The notes below the pieces were generated by a model, which was not told the origin of the DNA, did no database searches, and saw nothing but the letters and a program-made list of their open reading frames with translations. The translations under genes and the position numbers were made by a program. This document shows, piece after piece, positions 62,170-64,000 of a DNA stretch of 64,000 nt; the stretch's first letter is position 1, and the number at the start of each line of letters is the position of its first letter. The stretch comes from Acidobacteriota bacterium (GTDB lineage Bacteria > Acidobacteriota > Vicinamibacteria > Vicinamibacterales > UBA823), in NCBI GenBank assembly GCA_002730525.1, contig PCAK01000010.1:43132-107131 (forward strand), in the 5' to 3' direction.

Positions 62170-62253
62170 GGGGCCTCGGCCCGTAAGGGCAAGTGGACGG
62201 ATCCATTACATCATACGCTCAGTTCGGACCGCTTCAAACCTGCGCGTGGGGGG

Positions 62254-62487
62254 CTAGGCGACCGAACCCGACGCGGCGGACGACTCGGCGCGCACGTAGC
62301 GGCCGTCTGGCTCGCGTCGGAGAAAGTGATCGTCGACCAGGGCGGCCAGCACGACCAGGCAAGCGTTTCGGTCGAGATCCCAGAGCCGTTGGGCCTGTGC
62401 GAGGGTGAGCCGCAGGCCCGGCGTTTCCACGTAGTCGGTCCGAATCCGCTGCAGAAGCGCGTCGAAGTTGGCCTGTGGCCTGCGCAT
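62254..62487 (-). CDS. Small winged-helix-like hypothetical protein
   Basis: RIRTDYVETPGLRLTLAQAQRLW...LAALVDDHFL...DGRYVR; TATAAT upstream. Confidence 0.7.
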   Translation of the reverse strand: MRRPQANFDALLQRIRTDYVETPGLRLTLAQAQRLWDLDRNACLVVLAALVDDHFLRREPDGRYVRAESSAASGSVA

Positions 62488-62700
62488 GACGTCGGCCTCG
62501 GGCGGCATTATAGCGCGGCCGATCGGCGCCGGACGCGTTGTCGCCAGGGCCAGGCCGGACGATCTCGTTCCATCCGGACGACTTACACCTTTTTCGTCGG
62601 TCGGCTTGCCCGGATCGTCTCAATTTGAAACGATCGCAGCCATCAACCCGTCTGACAGGCAGATCCGCACGGCGCGTGTTCAGCGCACGCATCGCCCACG

Positions 62701-63135
62701 ATGAGCGACCGCAAGTACCGGCAGCGCGGCTATCAAGATGACGGGCCCTCACCGTCGAAGGCGGAGCGCCGCCCATCGCAGCCCAAGGCGCGCGAGCCGC
62801 GCGGGCAACTGCCGCTGCGCCCGAGTTCCCCGAACATGCCCGGGTTTCATGACGTCATCCGCTGCGCGCGCTGCGGGCGGCTGCTGGACGCACCGATCGG
62901 CGATACGTCGACGTGCGTGCAGTGCGGGTCAGCGCTGCACAGCTGCGCGCAGTGCGCCTGGTTCGACACGGGCAGCCGCTTCGAGTGCGCGCAGCGGATT
63001 CCGGCGCGCGTCACCCCGAAGGATGGCCAGAACGGCTGCGGTCACTTCGCGCCGCGCGTGACCGTGGAGCGTCAGACTCGGTCCCAGCGCGGCCCGTCCA
63101 GCGCCAAGCAGGCCTTCGACGATCTGTTCAAGTAA
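62701..63135 (+). CDS. Cys-rich (zinc-binding) hypothetical protein
   Basis: CARC, CVQC, CAQC and two further Cys; ends AFDDLFK. Confidence 0.78.
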   Translation: MSDRKYRQRGYQDDGPSPSKAERRPSQPKAREPRGQLPLRPSSPNMPGFHDVIRCARCGRLLDAPIGDTSTCVQCGSALHSCAQCAWFDTGSRFECAQRIPARVTPKDGQNGCGHFAPRVTVERQTRSQRGPSSAKQAFDDLFK

Positions 63136-63157
63136 GGAGCGTGACGGCCGGCGCCGC

Positions 63158-64000
63158 CTACCAGGCGACCAGCAGCCGGAGGTCTCGCACGTTCTGGCCT
63201 GTGGGTCCCGTGACGACGGTGTCGCCGAGCGGATCGAAGAAGCGATGGGCGTCGGCGCGGCGGAGATACTCGACGGGATCGAGTCCGGCGCCCGAGGCCC
63301 GTGCGAGTGTGGTGCCGTCGGCGACCGCTCCGGCGGCTGGCGCCGAGCCGTCGACGCCGTCGGTGCCGGCGCTCAGCACCGCGACCGACCGCCCTGCAAT
63401 TTTCGGAACGCACGCTAGGACGAAGGCCTGATTCCTGCCACCGAGGCCGGGGTCGGTGACAGGGCAGGAGAACTCGCCCCCGCTGACGACGGCCACAGGC
63501 CCTCGCGGGTGCGCTTCGCGGGTCTCGTCGAGTTTGCCCAGGAGGTGATCGACGGTCGGGATCAGCGCCCAGTCGTCGCGCGCGCCACCGTCCACGACGA
63601 CCGTCCACTCGAGCGAACGGGCCTCGTTCGCCATCGCCTCGACCGCTTCGGTCTCGCCCACCAGGCGATACCATCGGCTCGTCTCGAACTCGGGTGAGCT
63701 GGGCTTGGGTGTTTCGGGGATCCGGCCTTCGTCGATCAACCGTCGTATCGCCGCCGGCAGCCGCTCGCGCAAGCCGCTGCGGTCGATGATGGCCAGGCAA
63801 TCGGCGACGGTCGACGCGTCTGGCATCGTCGGACCGGAGGCGACCAGCGAGGGGTTGTCATCCGGGACATCCGACACGTAGAGCGTGATCTGCCGCGCGT
63901 GGCCGTTCAGCGCCGCCAGCCGCCCGCCTTTCACGCTCGAGAAGTGCTTGCGCACCACGTTGATCTCGGCGATCGTCGGCCCACCGGTGACCAGGACATC
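63158..64000 (-). CDS. Glycerate kinase type 2 (MOFRL), 3' part
   Basis: SVKGGRLA, SDVP, ASGPT, SGGE, GGRNQ, GTDGVDG, TGPTGQNVRD; 5' end outside the window. Confidence 0.92.
   Translation of the reverse strand, partial: DVLVTGGPTIAEINVVRKHFSSVKGGRLAALNGHARQITLYVSDVPDDNPSLVASGPTMPDASTVADCLAIIDRSGLRERLPAAIRRLIDEGRIPETPKPSSPEFETSRWYRLVGETEAVEAMANEARSLEWTVVVDGGARDDWALIPTVDHLLGKLDETREAHPRGPVAVVSGGEFSCPVTDPGLGGRNQAFVLACVPKIAGRSVAVLSAGTDGVDGSAPAAGAVADGTTLARASGAGLDPVEYLRRADAHRFFDPLGDTVVTGPTGQNVRDLRLLVAW

Overview
High-GC bacterial chromosomal window. Gene content and small conserved proteins suggest Acidobacteriota, probably Vicinamibacteria (inference). It is mostly housekeeping and metabolic: the end of the F1 ATPase operon (atpA-G-D-C) running into a PP2C phosphatase, wzm/wzt and a heptose adenylyltransferase; mfd, a SurA-like PPIase, a NusG paralog and dusB; a sigma54-activator / FliA / hybrid-kinase regulatory block; glnA; DsbD; M1, M16 and M20 peptidases; a 2-oxoacid dehydrogenase E1a/E1b/E2; a vapBC-type TA pair; an aromatic-acid-CoA cluster; clpS-clpA; GNATs; UPF0182; glycerate kinase. 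I saw no rRNA, tRNA, CRISPR array, transposase or integrase. Main unexplained signals: (1) a PCYCGC-family gene whose in-frame UGA sits at a CxxC cysteine position (UxxC) and is followed by a SECIS-like hairpin, i.e. a probable selenoprotein cut short in the ORF track; (2) an exact 18-bp inverted repeat, read as QDFFFD in both dusB and the REC/AAA+ linker of the convergent sigma54 activator, whose inversion would swap protein domains in frame; (3) a readable sigma54 -> FliA -> (Xis-like HTH + stand-alone HisKA micro-protein) circuit; (4) several genes apparently collapsed between short homologies (SDR, RidA, ACT-M16 fusion, radical SAM); (5) two long intergenic rod-like hairpins, one with a perfect 23-bp terminal inverted repeat. 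All family assignments come from motif recognition, not database searches.
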